Below, piece after piece: positions 27,778-36,758 of a stretch of 64,000 nt of DNA (position 1 is the first letter of the stretch; the number at the start of each line of letters is the position of its first letter). The notes beneath the pieces are model-generated. The model was given only the letters and a program-made list of their open reading frames with translations, did not search any database and had not been told where the DNA came from. The stretch spans positions 3,904,001 to 3,968,000 of the forward strand of contig OY781964.1 in assembly GCA_963677485.1 (NCBI GenBank), given 5' to 3'. The position numbers were made by a program, and so were the translations under genes. The stretch comes from Armatimonadota bacterium (GTDB lineage Bacteria; Armatimonadota; HRBIN16).

Positions 27778-28923
27778 ATGCTAGACGCTGTTTACAATAA
27801 TCCAACCAAACTGATCTTTGGACGGGGAGCCAGTGCGAAGATCGTAGATGAAATCACCGCGAAAGGGCACAAGAAGGTGCTGCTTTTGGCAGGTGGCGGC
27901 AGTATCAAGAGCAACGGGGTCTACTCGGATGTGACCAAGGCACTCACCAAAGCGGGAGTGCAATGGGTAGAGGTCTGGGGCGTGAAGCCCAATCCCGTGC
28001 TCAGTAAGGTGCTTGAGGCCATCGAAGCGGTGAAGCAAAGTAATTGCGATGCGGTCTTGGCCATAGGCGGAGGCAGCACGGCAGACAGTGCTAAGGCTGT
28101 GGCTCAAGGTGTCTTTCAAGAGGATCCCTGGGCTCCATACGAAGGTACAGCCGAGATCACCAACGCATTACCGGTGTATATCGTGCTGACTATCAGTGCC
28201 ACCGGCAGCGAGATGAACGCCAATTCGGTGTTGACCGAAGAGGTGGAGCAGAAGAAATACCACATCATCAACGATCTGGTTCGACCTGTGGCCTCGGCTA
28301 TTGATCCTGCGGTACAGGCGACTTTGCCCTGGCGTCAGACTGGTTACGGCGCCGTCGATGCGATCTCTCACATCATGGAGGGATACTTCAGCGGTAAGGG
28401 TGATGAGGTGTCGCTGGCAGTCAGCGAAGCACTGATGCGCGAAATCATCAAGTCGACAGACAAACTTCAACTGGCGGAAAGCAACTATGAGGCGCGTGCC
28501 AACCTGGCATGGGCTGCCACTCTGGCACTGAACGGCATCAGCTCGTTCGGACTTGAGGGCGACTGGGCGACACACGGTATCGAGCACGGCATCAGCGCGA
28601 TGCATCCTCAGATTTCGCACGGAGCCGGCCTGGCCGTGGCATTCCCTGCCTGGATTTCCTACACCGCCGATGCCAACCCCGCGTTATACGACCGATGGGC
28701 CCGTGAAGTTTGGGGGCAAAACGGCGTAGAGACGGGCGTGAAGGCGATGAAGAACAAATACCAGCTTTGGGGCATGCCTGTGTCACTCAGCCAGCTCGGT
28801 CTTTGCGTGGCGGATATCAAGCCGATTGTGGAGAACATCAGCCGGCATGATGCTACCTTGGGAACAGTCAAAGTGCTAAGGGCGCCTGAGTATGAGGCCA
28901 TCCTTAAGCTAGCACTCGAATAG
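27778..28923 (+). CDS. Iron-containing alcohol dehydrogenase (BdhA/YqhD-like)
   Basis: NPTKLIFGRG, GGGSIK, GVKPNP, AIGGGSTADSAK, TISATGSEMN, DAISHIME, THGIEH..HGAGLA metal ligands. GGAGG before ATG 27778. Confidence 0.92.
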   Translation: MLDAVYNNPTKLIFGRGASAKIVDEITAKGHKKVLLLAGGGSIKSNGVYSDVTKALTKAGVQWVEVWGVKPNPVLSKVLEAIEAVKQSNCDAVLAIGGGSTADSAKAVAQGVFQEDPWAPYEGTAEITNALPVYIVLTISATGSEMNANSVLTEEVEQKKYHIINDLVRPVASAIDPAVQATLPWRQTGYGAVDAISHIMEGYFSGKGDEVSLAVSEALMREIIKSTDKLQLAESNYEARANLAWAATLALNGISSFGLEGDWATHGIEHGISAMHPQISHGAGLAVAFPAWISYTADANPALYDRWAREVWGQNGVETGVKAMKNKYQLWGMPVSLSQLGLCVADIKPIVENISRHDATLGTVKVLRAPEYEAILKLALE

Positions 28924-28938
28924 GCAGTCACATATCTG

Positions 28939-28968
28939 ATGGGCACCCGTAATGGGTGCCCCATTTTT
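28939..28968 (+). terminator. Rho-independent terminator
   Basis: ATGGGCACCC gtaat GGGTGCCCCATTTTT. Confidence 0.75.
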
Positions 28969-29006
28969 GTATCTGGACAGTGAACACTATTATAGGAGAC
29001 CAAATC

Positions 29007-30905
29007 ATGGCTACAGATTATGCACACGTCACAAAGATGACTCTATGGACGCACCACCCGATATGGGGTGACGCGTCATGGGATAGTTTCGTGCGGGATC
29101 CGCATAACCCTGTGCATCGGGGCAGTGAGCCGATGCGGTGGCCGGTGAATGCGTTCCTGTTCCGCGACCCAATTTCCACCAACTGGTATCTTTACGTGGG
29201 TAACTACATGTACGGCTATGCCAGTGACCCCAGTCTGCCTGCTATGTATGCCACGGTCTACCGATCTGCCGACCAGGGCCGAAGCTGGACGTTCCTTGAC
29301 CGCGTTTTGCCCAAGGAATTCACATTTAGTTGCGGTACCAAACTGTTCCATGCGCCTGATGTCTCGGTGGTGTACGACAATGGTAAATACCACATGGGGT
29401 TTGACTGGGCGCCGAAGTCCACATGGGACAGGTTCGCGGAACCGCGTGGTCCTGAAGACTACAACGGCATGGCGTATGCTGTGGCCGATCGCCCCGAGGG
29501 GCCGTTTGAGATAGCACCCGACCCAATAGTCGCTACCGGGCTTAACAAGCCCGTATTGGGGCGTTACAAGCGATTTTATGCAGGAACGCTGATCAAGCGT
29601 GCTCATGACTGGATGATGGTGTGCATGGCCGACAGCGGTCCGCGCTTTAGCTGGGTATTACTGGGCTTGACCAGTGCCAAACCGGAAGGCCCATGGTCGG
29701 AACCCTACCTGTTGATGGGGCCGGATACCGACAAGTATCACCCGCCGATCATGGAGTTCTACCCCGCCTTCACCCATGATGGCATGTTATATGCGCCTTG
29801 CACCAGCGTGGCGGCGAACCGCAACTTCCAGTTGATGTGTGAAGCGAAGCTGGAGGATGCCCACAAGCCAGAGGCCTGGAGTATCGGGCAGGAAGGCAGC
29901 ATGTGGCACGGCACCACCATGGAGCACGAGCACTACGGCATCTGGGGTCAGACCTTCACCGGCTTCGTAAACCCGTCTGATGGCCAGTTCGTGGTGGCCT
30001 ATCCCAGTAAAGACTCTCAAGGCACCGGCAGCATCAATATCGCCCGGCGGCCATGGAACAACCCATACCGGCCTCAGGGTTTCTTCACAAGCTCCCATGC
30101 TGCCCCCAGCATGACGCTGCTGCGCTCTGAATGGTCACATGGGCTGATTGATGCCCGGATCAGCATGAAGGGCACCTGCAGGCTGTTGTGGGGCTATAAC
30201 GCTCCTGTGGGTGCCAACTCACCTACAGCCGATGCCAAGCTGCACGACCGAAGTCTGACCGCCCATCATGGGCTGGAGCTGAGTGCGGAGGGGTGGAGGC
30301 TGGTATCAAGCAAAGCTGACGAACTGCCCGCGGAAGTGGCATCCGGAAAACTCATAAGTTATGTGACCCGCATTGAGCTGCGTGTGGCTCCAACGGGCAC
30401 GACCGAGCTGCATCTTGATGGTAAACCGGTGTGGAAAGGCGATCTGCCGTTACGGACGGGTATGGTGGGATGGCTTCTGCAGCCTGCCAGCGAGTGCGAA
30501 GTGAAGTCGATGCAGATCACTCCAAAGCCTGCGGGCGGTGTGATGAACCTTCTGCACACTGAGGCCTTGCTGGGCGGCGGTGCTGGGCTGCAGAGTGCGA
30601 ACAGTATCGAGAACCCAGCTTTCCGGTATGGTATCGGGGCACAATTCGTGCCTGGCGAAGCCGGACGGGCGAAGTGGAACTTCGTAGGGCGCGGTTTCCG
30701 CCTGTTCAGCCCCTGTCTGCCAGATGGCGGGGAAGTGGAGCTGCTGCTGGACGGCAAGCCGATCGGCAGGTATCAATGCGGGAAGGGCACGAAGTCGTCT
30801 GATGTCGTGTTTACCAAACGGGGTTTGAAGAACGGTCCCCACGCGCTGACGATGCGTGCGATCAACGGGCTGCTGCTGGTCGACAGCCTGGAAGTGCAGT
30901 TCTAG
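29007..30905 (+). CDS. Putative five-bladed beta-propeller glycoside hydrolase (GH43/clan F-J-like) with C-terminal beta-sandwich modules, paralog 1
   Basis: HAPDVSVVYDNGKYHM, AVADRPEGPF, TSAKPEGPWSEP, MEFYPAFTHDGMLY; C-terminal WNFVGRGF..VELLLDGK..GLKNGPHALT..VDSLEV. AGGAG before ATG. No signal peptide seen. Confidence 0.6.
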   Translation: MATDYAHVTKMTLWTHHPIWGDASWDSFVRDPHNPVHRGSEPMRWPVNAFLFRDPISTNWYLYVGNYMYGYASDPSLPAMYATVYRSADQGRSWTFLDRVLPKEFTFSCGTKLFHAPDVSVVYDNGKYHMGFDWAPKSTWDRFAEPRGPEDYNGMAYAVADRPEGPFEIAPDPIVATGLNKPVLGRYKRFYAGTLIKRAHDWMMVCMADSGPRFSWVLLGLTSAKPEGPWSEPYLLMGPDTDKYHPPIMEFYPAFTHDGMLYAPCTSVAANRNFQLMCEAKLEDAHKPEAWSIGQEGSMWHGTTMEHEHYGIWGQTFTGFVNPSDGQFVVAYPSKDSQGTGSINIARRPWNNPYRPQGFFTSSHAAPSMTLLRSEWSHGLIDARISMKGTCRLLWGYNAPVGANSPTADAKLHDRSLTAHHGLELSAEGWRLVSSKADELPAEVASGKLISYVTRIELRVAPTGTTELHLDGKPVWKGDLPLRTGMVGWLLQPASECEVKSMQITPKPAGGVMNLLHTEALLGGGAGLQSANSIENPAFRYGIGAQFVPGEAGRAKWNFVGRGFRLFSPCLPDGGEVELLLDGKPIGRYQCGKGTKSSDVVFTKRGLKNGPHALTMRAINGLLLVDSLEVQF

Positions 30906-30939
30906 GGTTATGTAAGCGTGCAGCGATAGGAGATAATCA

Positions 30940-32835
30940 ATGGCACTAGATTACGCACATGTCTCACATAGAACCTTGTGGACGCACCATCCTGTCTGGG
31001 GAGATGCCTCATGGGACAACTTCGTCCGCGACCCTCACAATCCGGTACACCGCGGCAGCGAGCCGATGCGCTGGCCAGTGAACGGGTTTCTCTTCCGCGA
31101 CCCTGTCTCTACCAACTGGTATCTGTATATCGGGAACTATATGTATGGTTATCGAACCGACATGACCTCAGAACCGCTCTATACAAGCGTATACCGGTCT
31201 GTGGACAAAGGTAAGAGCTGGACATTCCTTGGGCGTGTGCTGCCGAAGGAGCATACCTTCCGATGCGGTACGACTATGGTGCATCATGCGGATGTTTCTG
31301 TGGTTTACGCCGATGGCAAATACCATATGGGCTTTGACTGGGCACCAAGAACCACATGGGAGAGGGTTTTCAATCCGCAAGGCCCCGAGGACTATAACGG
31401 GGTGGCGTATGCTGTGTCAGATAGCCCGGAAGGGCCGTTTGTGGTTAGTGCTGATCCAGTGGCCGCCACAGGCCTGACAAAACCCGTGATGGGCAAGTAT
31501 AAGCGATTTTATGCAGCAACCCTGATCAAGCGCGCTCACGACTGGATGATGCTATGTATGTCAGACGGCTACGGCCATAACTGGGTGTTACTTGGGATGA
31601 CCGCCAAGCGAGCTGAAGGGCCATGGTCGGAGCCATTCTTGCTGACGGGTACTGACATCGACCTCTATTATCCTCCGATTATGGAGGGCTACCCTGCCTT
31701 TACTCACGAGGGTGTGCTATACGCTCCATTCACCAGTGTGGCCTCCAACCGTAACTTCCAGATCATGTGCCAGGCACCACTCGAAGAGGCACATAAACCG
31801 GAAGCCTGGAAAATCGGCCAAGAGGGCAGCATGTGGCATGGAAAGACGACGGAACACGAACGGGCAGGCATCTGGGGACAGACCTTTTCGGGATTTGTAG
31901 ACCCATCTGATGGCCAGTTCGTGGTGATGTATCCCAGTCTGGACAGCAAAGAGAACGGCAGTATCAACATCGCGCGGAGGCCATGGAAACAACCTTACCG
32001 AAACCAGGGCTTCTTTATGAGTGCTTACAGTGCGCCAAGCATGTCTCTGTTGCGCGGCCATTGGAGCCACGGTGTGATTGAGGCTGAGATCAACCGTATA
32101 GGCACCTGTCGGCTTGTGTGGGGGCACAACGCGCCGTTAGGGCCCAATCAGGCGACCTCTGGCTCCACGATCCATGAACGTAGTTTGACGGCGCACCATG
32201 GTGTTGAACTGAGCAACGATGGCTGGAAGTTGCTATCAAGCACAGCAGACGAGGCCCCCGCAGTTGTGGCTTCAGGTAAGATGAACGCCGCGGTGAGCCA
32301 TATCGAGGTTCGTGTCTCGCTTAAGGGCTATACAGAGCTCTTACTGGACGGCAAAAAGATGTGGGAAGGCGATCTACCACTGAGGACCGGCCTGATCGGC
32401 TGACTGCAGCAGCCGAACAGCGAGTGTGAGATCAAACATATAATGATTACACCCAAACCAGCCGGTGGAGTGATGAACCTGTTCTATACTGAGGCACTTC
32501 TGGGCGCGGGTACAGGAGCAGACCTCCCGAAGATAGTCGAACACACGGCGTTTCGGTACGGGATCGGCGCCATCTACAATCCTGGGCAGATCAAACGTGC
32601 GAAGTGGAACTGCGTGGGCTGCGGATTCCGGCTGTTCAGCCCCTGTCTACCCGAGGGTGGGGAAGTGGAGCTGCTGTTGGACGGCAAGCCGATTGGCCGG
32701 TACCAATGCGGGAAGGACACGAAACCGTCGGAAGTGGTGTTCACCAGGCAGGGGTTGACGAACGGGCCTCATGCTTTGACCATGCGCGCAATCAATGGTC
32801 TGCTGCTGGTGGACAGCCTGGAGGTTGAGCTCTAG
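30940..32835 (+). pseudogene. Tandem paralog 2 of the propeller glycoside hydrolase, interrupted by an in-frame TGA at 32401-32403
   Basis: Colinear with paralog 1 over its whole length. RTGLIG*LQQPNSECEIKHIMITPKP aligns with RTGMVGWLLQPASECEVKSMQITPKP. The same frame continues to TAG at 32835. Confidence 0.8.
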
Positions 32836-32859
32836 GCCTGTTCCTCTTCGGGCGTGTTC

Positions 32860-34305
32860 CTACTGACTCTCTGTGGACTTGGTCATAAGTGGTTGCACCT
32901 TTTGGCCTTCGGCAACCGTCGTGGCCTGTTTGATCACAAGTGTGCCGACACTGATACCCGAAACAGCTATGGTGTTGTTGGCGCGGCTTAAAACGGTGAT
33001 CTCCTGGCGTTTGGCACGTCCTCTGTGAATGATGTAGACAGATGCGGTGTTTGTGCCCTCCAAGACGGCGGAGGCCGGCAGGACGATGCCCCCAGTCAGC
33101 GGTGCTGCTTCGAGTGAGACATCCACGGTCATGTCTGGCTTGCAGAACGAAGGCAGCCAAACGGGCTTAAGATGCAGCGATGCGACGCCTATTTTGCTGC
33201 CGATCGCCGGGTCGATACGGGTCAGTTTTGCATCCCAGGCCAACTCCCTGGCGGAGGTTGAAACCACTCGGGCCATCTGACCAAGTTTCAACCGGTTAAG
33301 GTTATGTGCGTCTGTTTCGACTAGTATCTCCGTATCGCTCATATCTGCGATCTTCATGAGCACGGTCGCTGTGCGAATGCTGGTACCGGGTTGGGTATCA
33401 CACTTGACGACAATCCCACTGAACGGCGCTCGGATCGTATGACGGCTTATGTCTGTTTTCGCCGCAGCCGCGTCGGTTATAGCCTTAGATACTTTCGCTT
33501 TAGCGGCCTTCACCTGTTCGGTACGGGGAGTGTTCCTTAGGTTACCAAGGTTCTGCTGTGCAATGTTGGCAGAGGCGCGGTACTGCGCTTCCGCCTGTGC
33601 CAGTTGGGTTTTGGCCGCTGCGATAGCGTGTTCATCAACAGGCGCTATGCTCCGGTCATAGCTTTCACGGGCCACACGAACAGCCACTGCGGCGTCCTTC
33701 GCCCTGGTCTGGGTTCTCTCCAACTCTACCCGCCCGATGGCATCTTTAGCATACAGCTCTTCACTTCTCTTGAGGTCGGCATCGGCCTGCGCTTGTGCGA
33801 TTTCGGCTCGATTTAGGCTGGCTTGTGCGCGGTTTTGTTCATCCTGGCGTCCACCTTGCTGCGCCTTCAACAGACGTTCCTGCGCAACCTTAACCTGCGC
33901 TAAGCTGACTTCGCGTGCTTGGCGGATCTCGGTCTGTGTTTTAGCGATCTCCTCCGGCGAGGCTGGAGTGCTAACAGCCAGCAGTTCTTGTTGGGCACAG
34001 AAGAGCTGCGCCTCTGCACGACTAAGCCGATTTACGGCCTCATCATCCTTGAGCGTAACCAATACCTGACCTTGCACAACTTGCTTGCCTTCACTCGTGA
34101 AGACCTGGTCAACCACCCCAGCAACCTCACAGCGGATCTCATCCTCGAGAACCGCGTTGAGCTTGCCAGTCGCCACGATGGTCTCGGTCACATCACCACG
34201 GGTAGCCTCGACTACTTCAACGGGCGTGTTGTGACGTAAGGCCCAGAGGGTGGACGCGATGATGATGATTGCCAGAAGCAAAACGGGGGTTAGTCGACGG
34301 TTCAT
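32860..34305 (-). CDS. Efflux RND/ABC periplasmic adaptor (HlyD/MacA family)
   Basis: N-terminal TM, lipoyl-like halves (EVAGVVDQVFTSEGKQVVQGQVL; IRAPFSGIV), long coiled-coil hairpin, KPDMTVDV. Confidence 0.9.
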   Translation of the reverse strand: MNRRLTPVLLLAIIIIASTLWALRHNTPVEVVEATRGDVTETIVATGKLNAVLEDEIRCEVAGVVDQVFTSEGKQVVQGQVLVTLKDDEAVNRLSRAEAQLFCAQQELLAVSTPASPEEIAKTQTEIRQAREVSLAQVKVAQERLLKAQQGGRQDEQNRAQASLNRAEIAQAQADADLKRSEELYAKDAIGRVELERTQTRAKDAAVAVRVARESYDRSIAPVDEHAIAAAKTQLAQAEAQYRASANIAQQNLGNLRNTPRTEQVKAAKAKVSKAITDAAAAKTDISRHTIRAPFSGIVVKCDTQPGTSIRTATVLMKIADMSDTEILVETDAHNLNRLKLGQMARVVSTSARELAWDAKLTRIDPAIGSKIGVASLHLKPVWLPSFCKPDMTVDVSLEAAPLTGGIVLPASAVLEGTNTASVYIIHRGRAKRQEITVLSRANNTIAVSGISVGTLVIKQATTVAEGQKVQPLMTKSTESQ

Positions 34306-34376
34306 GCAGGATCAACCTCATACGAAGTGTCGTGTCTTAACGGTACCTGAACTCGGCGGTGGTGTGCAGTATGAAT

Positions 34377-34411
34377 ACAGGCTGGTGAAGCACTAGTCCA
34401 CACCAGCCTGT
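34377..34411. terminator. Hairpin downstream of the GH106-like gene, possible terminator
   Basis: ACAGGCTGGTG-N13-CACCAGCCTGT; no strong U-tract. Confidence 0.4.
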
Positions 34412-34421
34412 GTTGCGATGG

Positions 34422-36641
34422 TTACAGAACTTCGCTGCGCTTCGCCGATTTCATGCGCAGAATAAGGCCAGCCCAAGGATCCAGGCTGGTTTGGGTTGAT
34501 TTCACATCACCCAATGACTTGCGGGTGCCTGTGATGGGTTCCCACAACTCGGCTTGTTTACCGGTGATCTCGATCTTGCCGTTCCACGCCTGGTCGCTCT
34601 CGTTGATGACAAAGTAGATGTCATACCCATCTTTACGCCTGTGCGTCATTCGCAGGTTGGCGTTGTCGGAGGCTTTGAGCTGCGGACTCAGCCACTCGTC
34701 TATGACGGAGCTGGTTTTCAGCGCATCCGCTTCGCCGATCAACTTCACCCGGCCTGAAGGGTCATTGAGCATCGCCTTCACGTCGGTGCATATCTGCGAG
34801 GCAGGGAACTGATCCATCGAGTTGGCCGGTTTTGTGCCAACGAACAGAATGCGACCGCCAGCCTTCCAGAACTTGACCAGGGTGCTCCAAGCCGTTTGAG
34901 GGATGGTGTCCACGGCAGGCAGCACGACGGCTCGGTAACTGCTCTGGCCGATGACCAGCTCGCCATTTTTGACAGAAGCAGTCGCAAGATTGTGGCTGTG
35001 GATATAGTCATAGTCGCGCATCCCCTCAAACAGGCTGCGGGTGACATCCCGCTGCACATTTGAGATGGTGAAACATTCCGGTGAAACCTCGTCGGCCCCG
35101 GAGCGTGAGGGCGTGAAGTGAGCCCACACGCTTTCGATGGGGTAGAGCAGGCCTACATCGGCTACACGGTATCCATCAAACAGCACTGCGTTGACGCGTG
35201 CCGTGTATTGCAGCAGACCTTGAACATCCTTCGTTTCGTGCCTGTTGAAGGACGAATAGGTATTCCACGCCGAAATACCACCCCAGAGCATGCGGTTATA
35301 AGCACCACGGTAAAGCTCGATCGGCATCAGCGGGGCTCCGCCCATGTTTTGTATGTGGTCGCTGATCTCCATCATCACGTATCGCGAGCCATCTACCTGG
35401 GCGATGCTGCTGGCGAAACGGGCGGCATCATAGGGAACATGGCTGTCCATCAGCGAAAGGGTGCCTGTCCGTGGAATCCTTGGGTCCGAGCTCAACACAT
35501 CAATTCCCGGGGCATCAAGTGTTTGCAGGCAGACGAACAGATCGCCGTAGAGCGGTGCGTGGTGGACTACGTTCTCCTCAAGAAGCGCGTGTCCGCCTGA
35601 TAGGGTATGGTGTGCGGCTGCCCATGTTCTGAGTTGGCCGAAGAAGTTTTGAGAGAACAGCTCAGTGACGGTTTTGAAATAGTCGCATCGCACCTTCTCC
35701 GTGTCGGGCAGCACATTGGCTGCGAGGGCCGCGATTTTTGGTGCGAGGTCATATCCCCTTCGCTGTTTGAACTCCTTCAGCATCACGCTAGACCAAGGCA
35801 ATACGGCGTAGTTCTGTCGCTTGAACAGGAACGCAGAAGTGCTTGGCTCATCCGTGAACAGGCTGACGAATGATTTTCCAAAATCTTGCTTCATGTGTTT
35901 CACAAGCGCATCATGCGTGACATCTATGAAACGCTTCGTTGTGTCAGGATTCAACAAGTCGACAGTAGGGGCACTGACAGGCGAGGCGTTGCCGTCAACC
36001 TGCGTGCCTGTGTATAGAATCCCTTCAGTGACGACCACTACTTGCCAATAACCATCCGGCAGGCTGAAGGACAACTGATCGCCCTGGGTTTTTGCCTTCA
36101 GATCGATGATCTGGTCACCACGGTATGCTGCCGCACTCATGATCTGACCTGGCGGCAGTGTGATGGTTTGGTCACCGCCCTTCATCTTGAGGCTCTGAGT
36201 CATGATGCACTGGGCCTCAAGCTCAGGATGGTCCTTCAGCACCAGTGTGCCAGCACGGCCGCTGGGGTAGCCGTTCTCGTCGTAGTACCAGTTCAGCATC
36301 CCTTTGTCGTTGATCGCCTTCGCTGCGTTGATGAGAGCATTGAAGTTGTTCTCTGTGACGGCATATTCGTTGCCGACAGGAAGGCTGCTGATATAACCGC
36401 CGAAGCCCATCTCTTTAGCGGTGTCGATCCGTTGCTCAACCTGCTTGGCATCAAGCGGCCAGTTGTGTTCAATACGGAACACCCTGGCTTCTGCCGGGGG
36501 ATTGGTAAATGCATCCCACATTGGGTCATTGGCCGCGCTGGCGGGAGCAGCTTGAAGATGCAGTAAGCTAAGAGCCATGATGAACCACCCCAATATCATT
36601 CGTGTTTTTGATGTTCGGTTTGTCGATTTTGCTGAACCCAT
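34422..36641 (-). CDS. Glycoside hydrolase GH106-like (alpha-L-rhamnosidase-like), secreted paralog
   Basis: YYDENGYPSGRAG, FTDEPS, GHALLEE, PGID, VADVGLLYP, YRAVVLPAV, DIYFVIN..WEPITG. Signal peptide ..QAAPASA. Start placed at the ATG after GGAG (ORF track start is 36656). Confidence 0.75.
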   Translation of the reverse strand: MGSAKSTNRTSKTRMILGWFIMALSLLHLQAAPASAANDPMWDAFTNPPAEARVFRIEHNWPLDAKQVEQRIDTAKEMGFGGYISSLPVGNEYAVTENNFNALINAAKAINDKGMLNWYYDENGYPSGRAGTLVLKDHPELEAQCIMTQSLKMKGGDQTITLPPGQIMSAAAYRGDQIIDLKAKTQGDQLSFSLPDGYWQVVVVTEGILYTGTQVDGNASPVSAPTVDLLNPDTTKRFIDVTHDALVKHMKQDFGKSFVSLFTDEPSTSAFLFKRQNYAVLPWSSVMLKEFKQRRGYDLAPKIAALAANVLPDTEKVRCDYFKTVTELFSQNFFGQLRTWAAAHHTLSGGHALLEENVVHHAPLYGDLFVCLQTLDAPGIDVLSSDPRIPRTGTLSLMDSHVPYDAARFASSIAQVDGSRYVMMEISDHIQNMGGAPLMPIELYRGAYNRMLWGGISAWNTYSSFNRHETKDVQGLLQYTARVNAVLFDGYRVADVGLLYPIESVWAHFTPSRSGADEVSPECFTISNVQRDVTRSLFEGMRDYDYIHSHNLATASVKNGELVIGQSSYRAVVLPAVDTIPQTAWSTLVKFWKAGGRILFVGTKPANSMDQFPASQICTDVKAMLNDPSGRVKLIGEADALKTSSVIDEWLSPQLKASDNANLRMTHRRKDGYDIYFVINESDQAWNGKIEITGKQAELWEPITGTRKSLGDVKSTQTSLDPWAGLILRMKSAKRSEVL

Positions 36642-36758
36642 ACAGGAAATCTCCATTTCTTGATAGCACAGGATTGCCTCCAGACTGTTATATACTTGCC
36701 AATCCAGGGTTATATTTAGGGTTTTGATACGCAGTTACCTGCGTCATCGCGCTGTGAT

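Noticed and set aside
32401-32403. Genome-wide UGA recoding or selenocysteine
   Set aside because: TGA is a real stop elsewhere (ATGA overlaps at 4845 and 42127; gltB end). The aligned residue is Trp, not Cys, and no SECIS-like hairpin is evident.
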